Positions 51,445 through 63,736 of a DNA stretch of 64,000 nt are shown one piece after another. The first letter of the stretch is position 1. Each line of letters opens with the position of its first letter. The notes under the pieces were generated by a model. The model was not told the DNA's origin. It saw nothing but the letters and a program-made list of their open reading frames with translations, and searched no databases. The translations under genes were made by a program, and so were the position numbers. Source of the stretch: Balanoglossus misakiensis (lineage: Eukaryota; Animalia; Hemichordata); the NCBI GenBank assembly GCA_040954595.2, contig CM082580.2:8720390-8784389 (forward strand), written 5' to 3'.

Positions 51445-54400
51445 ATGGAATATCAAGGTGAACAATATCCGGAATACGGAACAGAGGAGTACCACCCGGA
51501 AGGGGATAACATAGAAGTCCCGGTGACGGAACCCTACGTGCCGGGACAGATGGATTTACCCGTCGGGGAAGAATACAGCGAGGAACAACACCCGGCTGGG
51601 TTGGAACTCAACAGCGGGTTACCTGTAACGCCGAGTGCTGGCTATCATGAGATGCACACTGTGTTGGCGGATGGTGGGGACAGGTTTGGTGTCAGTGCCG
51701 TGGCATTTGATTCACACGAAGAACTGCTGTGGATGGGCAATCAAGGGGTAGGCAACACACTCCTTCAGTCATACCGATCCTTTTGTTCTGTCTGTTAAAT
51801 TAAGGAAGTTGAAAAGTTTATGAATTAAAAAAGAATCTTCCATTCATCTTGACAATTTTTTTCTTCTTCTGTTTTCAGGGCCACATCACATCATACCTTG
51901 GTCTCAACATGCAGAAGTATACGTCGTTTCAAATACACGCCACTGATGAGATCCGCCATGTGTCAACCTATGAAGCCGGCGTACTCGCGTTGACAAGTAA
52001 CAACCTCAGATGCTCTACCAGACAGGGCATACGGATGTTTGATCACGGGTACAGAATTTTCATTTTCCCTTTTAGTTCTGTTCATTTGTAGTGTGGTGAC
52101 ATCCTTATGAACAATAAATTGTAAAATGTACAATTAAAAAAAATGACAGACTGCAACTTCACCATCATTTACGCCCTGAATTATTCCTGTCTTGAATGAC
52201 CAAACTGATGTTTTATCCTTCAGTGGTGAGAAGATCCATGATATGCAGTGCATGCTGAGCACGGAACCGACGACCTTGTTACTGGGAGGACACCACGAGA
52301 AACTGATCAAGTTGGATCTGCCCACAGTGCAGGAGACCCGTGAATTCGACATTGGAGAGCTTGGTGTGGCCATCCTGAGACATTCCAACTATAACGGCCT
52401 GGTGTGCTGCGGCGACACCAGTGGTAAGGTGAGTCAGTCAGATCTTCACCATGGCAACAGTTACTGACTCTGTTACCTTTCGTGGAACATGGTTGTTTGA
52501 CCCTGAAGTAAAGGGTGTCTACCAAAGGTCATGAGTCAAGAAGTATCATGAATGCCCTGATTGGATCATGTCTTCACATTTCGATTTTCCCCCCTTGTCA
52601 GCATTCTCTTGTCTCTGTCTTTATGGTAGGTTACTCTTCGAGCCCCAGACACACTTAAATCAGAACACGTCTTGGAAGCGCACTCGGGAACTCTGTCTGA
52701 TTTTGATGTTCACGGCAATCATCTGGTGACCTGTGGGTTCTCGCATAGGTTAGTGTCATCATTGACTTCCGTTGTCTTCAATTTTGCGAGTGAAATTATA
52801 TGCATGCATCCTTGGAAATATCTTTCATGTACATGTATGTCATGTGTATTATATATTTCTCTGAGAGAACCACTGGATTTTGTCATCTCTCCTTGATGTA
52901 GTATTGATTTCATCATAACAATTGAGAGGTTATGTTTTATGTATCTTTCTATAACAATTTTTTTTTCAGATTGGGTAATCTAACTGTTGATAGATTTCTC
53001 AAGGTGTATGATATGAGAGTGATGCGAGCGTTGACACCATTGCAACTACCAATAGAGCCATTGTTTTTGAGATATGTACCAACGTACACTTCCAGACTGG
53101 CTGTGGTCACTCAGGTATGGCTCGTGGATTCAGAATTACTTTGTTCTTCAGTTGAAGCGAACATGCAAACATACACATTCTCTGAGCAGTGCAATTTTTT
53201 TGAAAATTTGCTGAATTAATATTTATATAATCTTGTTCTGTGTCCAATTTCACTGACTAAACAATTTTCTTTCACTCTGTAGCATGGACAGTTTCAATTA
53301 TTGGATCCATGCAGTCTGGTCACGCCTGCTAACATACTTCTGGATCACATCAATATCCTTGGAGAGATGGTGATGGCGTTTGATGTATCCAGTACCTGCC
53401 AAGCACTGGCATTTGGGGAATCAGCAGGTATGGGGGGTTGATGTTGACTCTGATTGGCTGAAAGCAGATTTTGATGTCCAATAGGAATGGGGATGTGAAA
53501 TTTGGGCGATATTTTGTCTCATTGGCTGCGTAGTGATGGTAAAGGCCAATGAGAAACAGGAGTTACTAAACATCCGAATGTTTCCGTTTTTTTCACTCAT
53601 CAGGATATGTTCATCTGTGGGCTGACAGAGAAGATGCACATTATAACACATTCTCTCATGAAACTATACAGCCAGATCATGTGAGTAAAAAACAAGGATG
53701 GCTTTTATTAGCAGTGGCCAGTTTTCAAAGACACTTCCATTCATGTTTTTTGTCACACGCGTAAAGTCAACAACCGTCCAGTCAGGCACCAAAACAGAAT
53801 GAGCTTCTGTCAGTTATGACATATCACACATTGCCTGTAGAAGGCAGTGTCTATTACTCCCCGATGCTCCCTACCCTGAACGTTCATTCATGTCGTGTTG
53901 TTGTCTTTCCACAGGTTGGCCATTTGCGGCCCATACACATTGATGACGAGATGACACCCCTGTCCACAGTGCCCATGCCGTTCTGTGACGGCCCTCTTCT
54001 TTCAGACTGGCCAGACGCTAATTGTGTTGTTGTCCAGAGGTATGGAAGGGACCATACAGTATTCTACCTGCTGCACCTTGTTGGCACTGCATTGTGTATA
54101 TCATGTTCCCAAATATTTAACAAAAAACACACTTGAGAACTGCATGACAAGGTGACATTGTAGCTTTAACACAGCGCATGTTTCTTGCAGAGTTCAAAAT
54201 AGCTGTATACTTTTTCATTTCGCTTCAGACGCCCGCCACCGATCGACCCTGAAATTCTGCGCTCAATGAACATGGTCCAGTTCATAGGCTACGCTCCCAA
54301 TCCCGGAACCAAAAGACGGAACCAGGTGCCCTACTCCGAGGTGATCATCAGCGGGAAGAGTAAAAGCGGGAAAACTGTGCCACAGTCTCCGATTGGCAGA

Positions 54401-57400
54401 GGTTAGTTTTCCCGCGCCAAAAAATGTTCTACTACATTCTTCAAAATGACTAGCACACTGTTTTAACCAAACTCTTCCCCCTCAGATGTGGACCCCTTTA
54501 TGTGTATTGTCCCCAAGAAATACAGGAAAGTGGAAATCAAGTACTCCAAGCTAGGCATTGATGACTTTGACTTCAAGCATTACAACAAAACTAACTTCGC
54601 TGGACTTGAACCTCACATCCCCAATGCTTACTGCAACTCCATGATCCAGGTATGCATACTTCATATTTTGCACCTATTCAGTTTATATATCATGTGTACC
54701 AAAATCCATTGTTTACTATGGCAAAGTTGGACTGCTACTAGAGGAACATAGGAGTGAAAGGGTTAATTTTGATTGATATGTACATGTAAACTCTCTTTAG
54801 GTTTACAGCGATTACTATCGACCCATTTCATTTCCTTTTTGCCCAGGTGTTGTATTTCATAGAACCGTTGCGCTGTGCCCTGGAAAGTCATCTGTGCTCC
54901 AAGGAATTCTGCCTGGCGTGTGAGCTGGGATTTCTGTTCCATATGTTGGATCTTTCCAAGGGTCACAATTGCCAGGTAAGAGTCCCCGCTATTGGGCGTA
55001 GTCAAGTCGCTGTCGATTTCCCCTTTCAAGAATCACAAAGAAGCTTGAGTAAGTAGAAAAAAGAGTACCATCTGTGGCTGGTCAGAGCTACAGGGAAACC
55101 CCTGACAGCTCATGAAGAAGTGTCTGTATTTACAATGATGTCAAATTATCCAACATCTGCCTGATGTATTGTTTCTTAACATAAAGGCGACAAACTTCCT
55201 GAGAGCATTCCGGACCATTCCAGAGGCGTCTGCACTGGGATTGATCCTGGGTGATGCGGAGGAGTCCACCGGAAAAGCGAACTTCAGGAGACTGATACAG
55301 AACTGGAATAGATTTGTTCTGCAACAGATAGAACAGGTTTGTTCAATTTCACACATGTTCCTGTAGGAGAGAGCCTAAATGTCTAAAATTTGAATAAAAA
55401 TGGCCGACGGTCGTTGTGTTAACTTTATGGAAAAAAATTAAACTAGTGATTTTTTATGAAAACAATGCTGTGAACACCACATTTTCTAATGTTTTTTTAA
55501 ACTCCTCACACTATAAAGCAGAGAATTAAAAGTTTTTGCAGAACTAATTTTTTTTCTCAGAAATCTGCCCTTGAGGAAAGTACTACCTTGACGCATATCT
55601 TAGTTTTTTAAAACCAATTACAATGTAGACACTGATTTTAACGATTTTGCAGGATACCGTAGAGCAGGATGAATCCGCCCTTGCACTGCCTGCCACCGTG
55701 CAGAGAGGCTTCGGAGCTTCCACGTCAGTCGTCACCAAACTCTTCCAGACAAACGCTGAAAATATCAGCAAGTGCAAATGCAGCAAGGAAAACCTACGGA
55801 ACGGTGCGGCACTGCTGTTCAACTTCAACTATCCAGATTGCTCCCCACCAGGTAAATATGCCGGTATCAAGGAAATTTCTACCGGAATTAGGGTCAAAGG
55901 TTAAAGATAGAACAGTCTTGCTCATACTTTTCTTGCTAAGCGATGTTTTTATCCTTTTCTTCAAATTTGTAATTTTTTTTTTGACTGCAGGTCCTGGGAA
56001 GCCACCAAAGCAGTTTTCTTTTGGTACAGTGGTGCAGAATAGCATGAGTTTAGAGCAGACGATGCAGGCTTGGTGTGACAACTGTGAGAAGTACCAAACC
56101 ACCGTAAGTCACTTCTGTTGTGAGGTTCTGTACTGTACTGTACTGTGTTGTGTTGGAACAATGGAATAACAACATGTCCGGATGTTTTGTGTTCCAGGTT
56201 CAAATCAAATCACTGAAGTGTCTGCCAGACGTGCTTGTCGTCAACTGCCAAATAGAAACTGCCAAGGATTTAGAGTTCTGGAGGATCCAACAAGAGGTAA
56301 TGCCGAAAAGAAATCACTTTAACCCCTTCACTACCATGGTTTGCTCCAACTCCATTGTTTTCTATGGTAAAGTTGGTAAACAGTTGAACATGTGGCGAGT
56401 CTGATATTTCCGTTGCTCTGTCGTTCTAGTTTGTTGGGATGGTGGAAGAGAAGGAAGGCGCCGGAGAGAAGCTGAGTAAACCGTGTCGCTACGGAAGAGC
56501 TTGCACCCGGAAGGGATGCAAATTCAACCACGAGGTCATGGACAACCCGGAGAGACTGTGAGTACCTTGAGAGGAAAAAAAATCTTCCGCTTTTTTGGTT
56601 TTGGTGATTGCTCATTGCTGTGAGTGTATGTTTCTGTTATCACTGGTATTCTTTCTGTTCAGAGCGTACGAGTTAAATGAAATGGACAACGGAAACCGCA
56701 AATCTTGGGTGCCGCTGAGTCTGAAGATGAAACTGAGTAGCGATCGAACTCTGGACGTGCAAGACATCTTTGAAGAGGTGAGATTGGTCGGCAGGTTTTG
56801 TCAAGTATCTTATAGTGATCCCTGTATTGTATTGCAATCATCCAGACCTGGACATATCTTCTTTCCTCTGATGTTGTGTTTATGATATTACTTTGACAGA
56901 AAGACGCACACGGCTCTGAAGACTTCACAGTGTACGATCTACAATCATCAGTGGCTCACATACAAGACTTGAAAACAGGCGGGAATCTGGTGTCGCACAT
57001 CCAGGTGGGACCGACATACCACAAGAGAAAAGAGGTCAGTGGCTTGTGTTACTGGTGTGATTGTAATGGTCTTTACATCCACATGATTTTTCCATCCAGC
57101 CCAAACTGTGTGATCCCTAACCCGCTGAACCCATTTTCATTCTTTCAGGGTGTCACCCACAGCAACTGGTACCTGTTCAACGACTTTTCCATCCAGCCCA
57201 TTGAACCGCACGAAGCTGTTCAGTTCAACTTGGAGTACAAAATACCGTGTGTGCTGTATTACACTCGCAGGGACCTTAACGATGACTATGATTGCACAAG
57301 TGAGTTCATTCTCTTTCTCTGTTTATCTCAGCAATAAGTCACTTGATGCCAGTACAAATACACGTAGGTTAGCCCGTATGTAGGATTGTGTGTATTTCTG

Positions 57401-59075
57401 GGGCCGTTTCATGTACATGGGTTTGTTTGTACCGGCACGAGTCTGATATGCCAAAGGAAATGTGATCCTGATTCGTGGAGAGTAGCAATATATACATGGT
57501 GTTAAGCGTCCAATGGCCAAAGATAGAGTATATTCCCTGTAGTGATAATGATTCTATTGTTCTTTTTGATTCACAGTCACAAGTCCAATTAAAGCCAGCG
57601 TGTTGTTGGCCGAGGCCTCCCTTGCCAAAGGAGCGTTGAAGCAGCACATCACATTTACGCCGCTGCAAGCGCTTGAGTTGCCGGAACCGGGTGATTGCGT
57701 TGGACTTGATGCTGAGTTTGTCACTCTCAACCAGGTATCGTTTTGTCCGCTTGCTTTCAACTTTGCTGTGCCATCCCCCCAACCCCTCCCCCCACCTAAT
57801 TCTGCATGTAATTTATTCGCAGGAAGAGGCTGAAATCCGTAGTGATGGAACACGATCAACAATCAAACCGAGTCAGATGACAGCAGCGAGAATAACCTGT
57901 GTCAGAGGTCATGGGTCACTGGAAGGTGAACCTTTCATTGACGACTACATATCTACCCAAGAACAGGTATTACATTCATTCTTTTTTCAAAAATTATTCA
58001 TTTCGTTCCATCTACTAGATTTTTTTGTGTGAGATACACTTTCCAAAAAAAGATGGGGACAAAAAGTTAAGGGGTGCTATCTACTGACATAGGGAGTCAC
58101 GTTACAGTCACTGGGTCACTGGAAGGTGAACCTTTCATTGACGACTACATATCTACCCAAGAACAGGTATTACATTCATTCTTTTTTCAAAAATTATTCA
58201 TTTCATTCCATCTACTAGATTTTTTTGTGTGAGATACACTTTCCAAAAAAAGATGGGGACAAAAAGTTAAGGGGTGCTATCTACTGACATAGGGAGTCAC
58301 GTTACAGTCACCGTGGCAACTTATCTTGTTACTGCAATTTGCTTGGCTCATTATCCTTGTGCTCGGTGCATTTCAGGTTGTGGACTACCTAACTCAGTTT
58401 TCCGGAATAAAGCCTGGTGATCTGGACGCCACCATTTCCTCCAAACACCTGACAACCCTGAAATCCACATATTTGAAGCTGAGGTACCTGATTGACCAGG
58501 GAGTCATCTTTGTGGGACATGGACTCAAGAAAGACTTCAGAGTTATCAATGTTCTGGTAGGTTTGTGTGATTTGTGTGGTTGTTGTTGTGTGTGTATGTA
58601 TTTTCTGTGATAATAATCATGTTCAGTGCTTATGTTACAGTCTAACATGGTTCTTTTCCATAGGTTCCCAAAGGCCAGGTGATAGACACTGCTTTCCTGT
58701 TCAGCCTTCCCAAACAGCGTATTCCGTCACTGCGTTTCCTGGCTTGGTTTTTCCTTGGTGAGTAAACGCATGCTGGATCACAGTTTCATTTTCCCAGCTT
58801 TATTCCAGGGTGACAATACTGTCATGGAAAGTTGGAATATAATGATGATGATGATGGTGGTGGATTTAATATGTTATGCTGTTTCCTTTACAGGCATTAA
58901 CATCCAGGGCTCCACCCACGACAGCATTGAAGATGCCAGGACTGCCCTGCAGCTGTACAAGAAATACAAAGACATCAGCAACGAGGGCCAAGACAGAGAG
59001 AACTGGGAAGCCACGCTGAAGAACTTATATGAGAAAGGAAGGAAATATGGATGGAAAGTACCGGATGATGAGTAA
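51445..59075 (+). CDS. PAN2: PAN2-PAN3 deadenylation complex catalytic subunit PAN2 (WD40, pseudo-UCH, DEDDh exonuclease), 24 coding exons, about 1200 aa
   Basis: Exons 51445-51747, 51879-52048, 52224-52428, 52630-52748, 52970-53114, 53283-53427, 53604-53680, 53915-54039, 54229-54401, 54486-54649, 54847-54975, 55187-55336, 55653-55851, 55991-56103, 56198-56296, 56430-56557, 56663-56777, 56900-57034, 57149-57299, 57577-57734, 57823-57966, 58377-58556, 58664-58757, 58894-59075. All GT-AG and phase-consistent, 3603 nt. Motifs [61 protein letters not shown], and nuclease motifs [22 protein letters not shown]. Confidence 0.97.
54695..54766. mobile_element. Partial copy of the piggyBac-like MITE seen at 21833-21927
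   Basis: CCAAAATCCATTGTTTACTATGGCAAAGTTGGAC...GTGAAAGGGTTAA. Confidence 0.6.
56319..56376. mobile_element. Partial copy of the piggyBac-like MITE seen at 21833-21927
   Basis: TTAACCCCTTCACTACCATGGT...CCATTGTTTTCTATGGTAAAGTTGG. Confidence 0.6.
57912..58311 (+). repeat. Near-perfect 200-bp tandem duplication spanning a PAN2 exon-intron boundary
   Basis: 57912-58111 and 58112-58311 look identical except one G/A difference (58005 vs 58205). Confidence 0.95.
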
Positions 59076-59783
59076 TTGTTCTGGAAATGAATAATTATAG
59101 ATTGAAGTATTGTCGCTGGCAGTGATGTGGTATTATAAGGAGCACATTTGTAAATATTATCATATTTTTATATCATTACTGTTAGTTTATTCCCAGCACA
59201 ATTGAAGCAGCTTGTTTGTCTGGACTGGGTATTTGAAGATGTATTTCCAAAAAGTTTATCATGTTGCAAGGAACAATCTTAGCATTTTGTTTTGCTTATG
59301 ATATTGTGGAAGAACTATGTAGGGTAGTAATTTGCAATTTGTTCAGTTATATGTAAAACCACTATCATGAGCCAAATGACAGTAACAATGTCATGAAATA
59401 TTTCCACAGTAGTATTGTGATTTTAATAGTTGTTAGTGTATGACCACATGTGAAATGGAGTTTGCTAAAAAAAAATAACTTTGTGCTGAATTTCGTGTCA
59501 CCTGGCAGCATGTTTAAAGGTCTCGATAATGCACTTTGACATTTCATCTCCCAGAAAATATTTTTGTATCTTGATGTAAGTCAGTATTGAATGTACCAGT
59601 ATGCCTCGGCCCACTGTTTTAGTCCAACAGGCAGGGTGGTTATAAGTTTACCATCTCTTCTCCAAAGTGTCAGAGACCACAAGAAAATACAACTGTATCA
59701 GTGCAGTGGCTGAAGAGTAATGTTGTGGTCAATTTTGTTGTATCCGTGTCTTTTCGGGTCATGTAAGTTAACTTTCATCGTAA

Positions 59784-59789
59784 AATAAA
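59784..59789 (+). terminator. Candidate PAN2 polyadenylation signal
   Basis: AATAAA about 710 nt downstream of the stop codon, at the end of a T-rich 3' region. Confidence 0.45.
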
Positions 59790-62306
59790 AAATACTAAAA
59801 AGCAAAGTGTCTTCAATTCAGGCCGGGAGACTCAATTTGAGACTCGGTAGACTGCTGGGTGAATCAGAAACAGGTGTTGAAGTCCATCATAGTACTTTCA
59901 TTCCAGTGTTTCTTTCACAACACAATCTGAGCAGTGAAAATCATACAAAGCAGTATTGCTGATTGTAATACACTTTTAATAATACACAGCACTGACATAC
60001 AAGTATATCAAAATTAAAACATTTCTCTCTGAACTATACATTTGTCAAATAGTTTTACCTTTAGTTGGAACACATACGCTCAGCATCAATAATCTGAGAC
60101 AACAGAACATCAAGTAATTTTATCTTCACAATGAGATAAAAGAAACAATTGCAATGTCTTGTCATGGCTATCACAGAGGAAAATGATGTGTCTATACAAC
60201 TTAAAAAAATACAAAAGGAAAACATTAGGAGTGAAGGTAATATAATTTGAAAGTGAAAAAAATACAACTGCCCATCACTTTATTTGAAAATCATGATGGG
60301 AATAAAAATATAATTAAAAGTAAAAACATGAATTAAAACTTTCATCAAATAATCGGTTCAATCAATGATTAGAAATTAAAACTTTTCTTCTGGCATGGAA
60401 CTGTAAACTGGGTCATAAAGAAGACATTGCACTTTAGCATAAACAAAAATCTTAGACCAGGCAACGACTGCATCTGAAGAGAAGGTGGTTTAAATTAAGC
60501 CCAGTATACATGTTGTATAGAGAGCTTGTGAATGAAGGGAAGGTTCCACTGATCAGTGCATGGAAGTGTTGAAACATCTCTTGTGTGTACAGAAATCTTG
60601 GAGTCCGTAAAAGTGACGGGATATACTCCTTCCAGAGATTGCCACACAGTGTGTTTATAGCGTGATGTATAACTTGTCTCAAAATGTTAAATCACTGATG
60701 CCAACTAATCCTACACTAGATATACAAACGGTTGGTAATAACAAGTCAGCCTTATTGAATGAAGACAAACTGAATCAGAACTCGCTCTACTCACACTTGC
60801 ACAAAATTGTAAGGTCCCTGAGGAAAACTGTCTAGGGTTTTTAATACGAAAAACATGCATAGGTTATATTAATCTCTGATCCAACCTACCCAGATTTGCC
60901 ATAATCTTGTAGATTGGCGCATCAAATTTGGGGAGGGGGTTTGTTTTGACTAAAACATCACAACACTTCATAAATATTATTATTAAGTACACAACCACTT
61001 AATATGCATAGTGCTAGGTATGTAAATTTGCTACTCAGTATTCATCACTGTCATACTAAAAATGCTACACACAACATCAAAGTTCCTCATACCACATTTT
61101 CGTGGGTAGGTGGACAGGTATAACAATATATTCTTCAGTCAAAATACGACTTATGGGGTATCAATGTTGAAACAATTCTTACACCAATTCTCAAAATAAC
61201 ACAACAAAATGATTCACATTGTTTAAATATACAACACCATTTCCAACATGGCTACATCAAACCTATTTACCTACGAAAGAAGTTGCAGGGCATTGACTAT
61301 TTCTAGAACACTGATTGACAGAAAACCATTCATCAACATGTTTTCATTCTTATTTTGTCCCTTTGACAAAAGAAGTCACACACATCTTCTGACTGAAGAG
61401 CAACATTATTTACAGCAAAAAGCGAACAGATCACAAATTTGTCCCTTTAAAACACACAACTGTACTCTCATCTGCTTTGTAATTATTTCTATTAAAAACT
61501 GATTATCTATTGCTTTTTTACTACTTAAGGCTATCTGTCATTAGTTTCAAGTAAATGATTCTCATTAAAATACTCACTTTCTTACTCCCCACACTGATTT
61601 TCCTATTCACCTTCTTTGCAATAGGAATGTCTGCTATTAATGCACATCAAATTATAGGGAACAACTATATAAGCAGCAACCCATAGTATGATACATGTGC
61701 AACTCACCACAGATTGTACAAATTTCACTTTATCAGTTTCACGCTAACCTTGATTGACATAAAAAGTGTACCAACAATGAAACAGTTCAAAAGGTCACAG
61801 AATAATCTTTTACTAGTTTTAGGCAAGAAAAAAAAATGGACACTGAATATTTTCAGGCGGGTATCTTTATGGGAAGGATAATGATTGCACTGGAATGATA
61901 AACAAAACACTGAACATCCCACACAGAAACTCTTGTAAGTACTGTTTGTAGTGATTACTGTTGCACAAATGTTGTACATGGAAGATATAAGTCACCAGAT
62001 TATTTGGGCGAGATTTTCTGTGAACGGGTTCTGAGAGAGGTCTCACAGGAGGAGGGCTTTTGATGAGGTAAGCATTTTTTGGCATTAGCCATGTTTTCCC
62101 CTTACTTTCAACACAACTTGGCTGTTTGATTTTGTTTCTTCAAATCTAGCCATACCTATCACTCTTTATATGATAATCTACCGATTCTTTCCCTAACCAA
62201 GTCCAAGAAAGACTTAACTTATGCGCATCGGCAGTTTCTGACTTAAGATTCCGGTGGAGGATACCCAATTGCATTTCTGCTTCTAAATTCTGTATCGTTA
62301 TTAATG

Positions 62307-63358
62307 CTAATCCACGTGGTCTTCCTCTGCGTCATCAGTAATCAATATCTCCGAGTACCGAATCTCTTCCCTGTTGTACTTGTTTTCTGTCACTTTTTGG
62401 TAGAGTGCCCTCACCGACACCACAAGGCCTATGACAATGATGATGCTGGCTAGTACTATTCCGGCGATGGCTCGCGTCGACAGCTGCGAAATCATGTTTG
62501 TCTGTCAAAGAGAGAGAGTGACCAAAACATCGATTCAGAGGTGTGAAAACAAATCATACGTCTGACAACCTTCAATGGCCAACCATTTGGCACCTCTTGA
62601 TATCTGTCCCTGTCTAATCCTTCATAGTAAACACCCCACACTCCATTCAAAAAACACCAGTAACCCGAATCAATATCAGATGAAGTGAGTAAAAGGAGAC
62701 CTCATTGAATTGTGATATCTGATCAAATATGAATAGTATATACTGTTCATATACAACCCTTGTATTGCTTATAAACAGAATGAAATTGGGTCAATTTTAT
62801 CGATTGTGCAACAAATCTGTACTGTCATCTGCAGGCATAAGGAAATTGTTGCTTAGCAACAGATCATCTGCATGATCATTATTGGATTTCAGCAATGTAC
62901 ACATTTAAAAGCAAACACAGGGGCTTCAGGGTTTATTTCTAAGATAAATATCAAGCCATGCCTCTGGGTTATTTCTTAAATAAACACAACTTAGGTTTGT
63001 TTTACCAGTTTTGCACACAAGGACACCTCAGAATTATGTGACCTTCACGAGAACTTGAAACATACAGTATGAATCAGATCAGATTAATTATGCAGCTCCA
63101 GAACAGTAGCTCTAATATTGTGTGTGGGCGGTGGTATTGTCTGCTTCCAAGAAAATGAGAGCAAAATCATAGCGCAAAATTTATATACACGTACATACAC
63201 CACGTAAATCGGAAATGACATGCACAAACTTGTTCATAAAAACAGATGTGTCCACGTAACATTACCTCTGATGATGGTGGAACGGCATTCGCTTCTGGGA
63301 GTTTTGCGGTGTCGTTGGCCGCTAGTTTAACCAGTAAATGTTTCACTGCCTCTGCCAT
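62307..63358 (-). CDS. Uncharacterised small single-pass membrane protein, about 95 aa, two coding exons
   Basis: Exon 63358-63266 (ATG in GAAATGG; MAEAVKHLLVKLAANDTAKLPEANAVPPSSE; donor GAG|GTAATG) joins in phase 0 to exon 62501-62307 (acceptor CTCTCTCTCTTTGACAG|; TNMISQLSTRAIAGIVLASIIIVIGLVVSVRALYQKVTENKYNREEIRYSEILITDDAEEDHVD*). Clear hydrophobic helix followed by basic residues. Confidence 0.72.
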
Positions 63359-63723
63359 TTCGGTTCCTAACACCCGAACGGTAGCTGCTATTACACACAC
63401 ATAAAGTCCTAGAAAATTTTGATGGAAGATGTTGGCGTTTTTCACCCGAAGTCAGAGGAGTCCCACAGAAAATAAGAACTCGGCCAGTGACGACTATCCC
63501 ATTAAACTAGCAAGACTTCAATCCAACATTGCACAAAAGTTCGACACTCATTGGAAAAATACTTATAGGATTAAACAGAAGCTCTCTGTCTGTCACAGGA
63601 CGATAACATTCCTCCAGAATCCACACCACACTTGCGACAGCGAAAGCGTCATTTCTTGCTCGTCTTGGCAGCCATCTTTGCTGCGTATACCAGACGATGC
63701 GGGCGCACTTCTAAGAAATTTGG

Positions 63724-63736
63724 TGACCTTTGACCC
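63724..63736. promoter_or_regulatory. Consensus DR1 nuclear-receptor element upstream of the small membrane protein gene
   Basis: TGACCTTTGACCC (GGGTCA-A-AGGTCA on the minus strand) at the edge of a CpG-retaining block. The same motif also occurs at 41072, so it may be repeat-derived. Confidence 0.3.
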
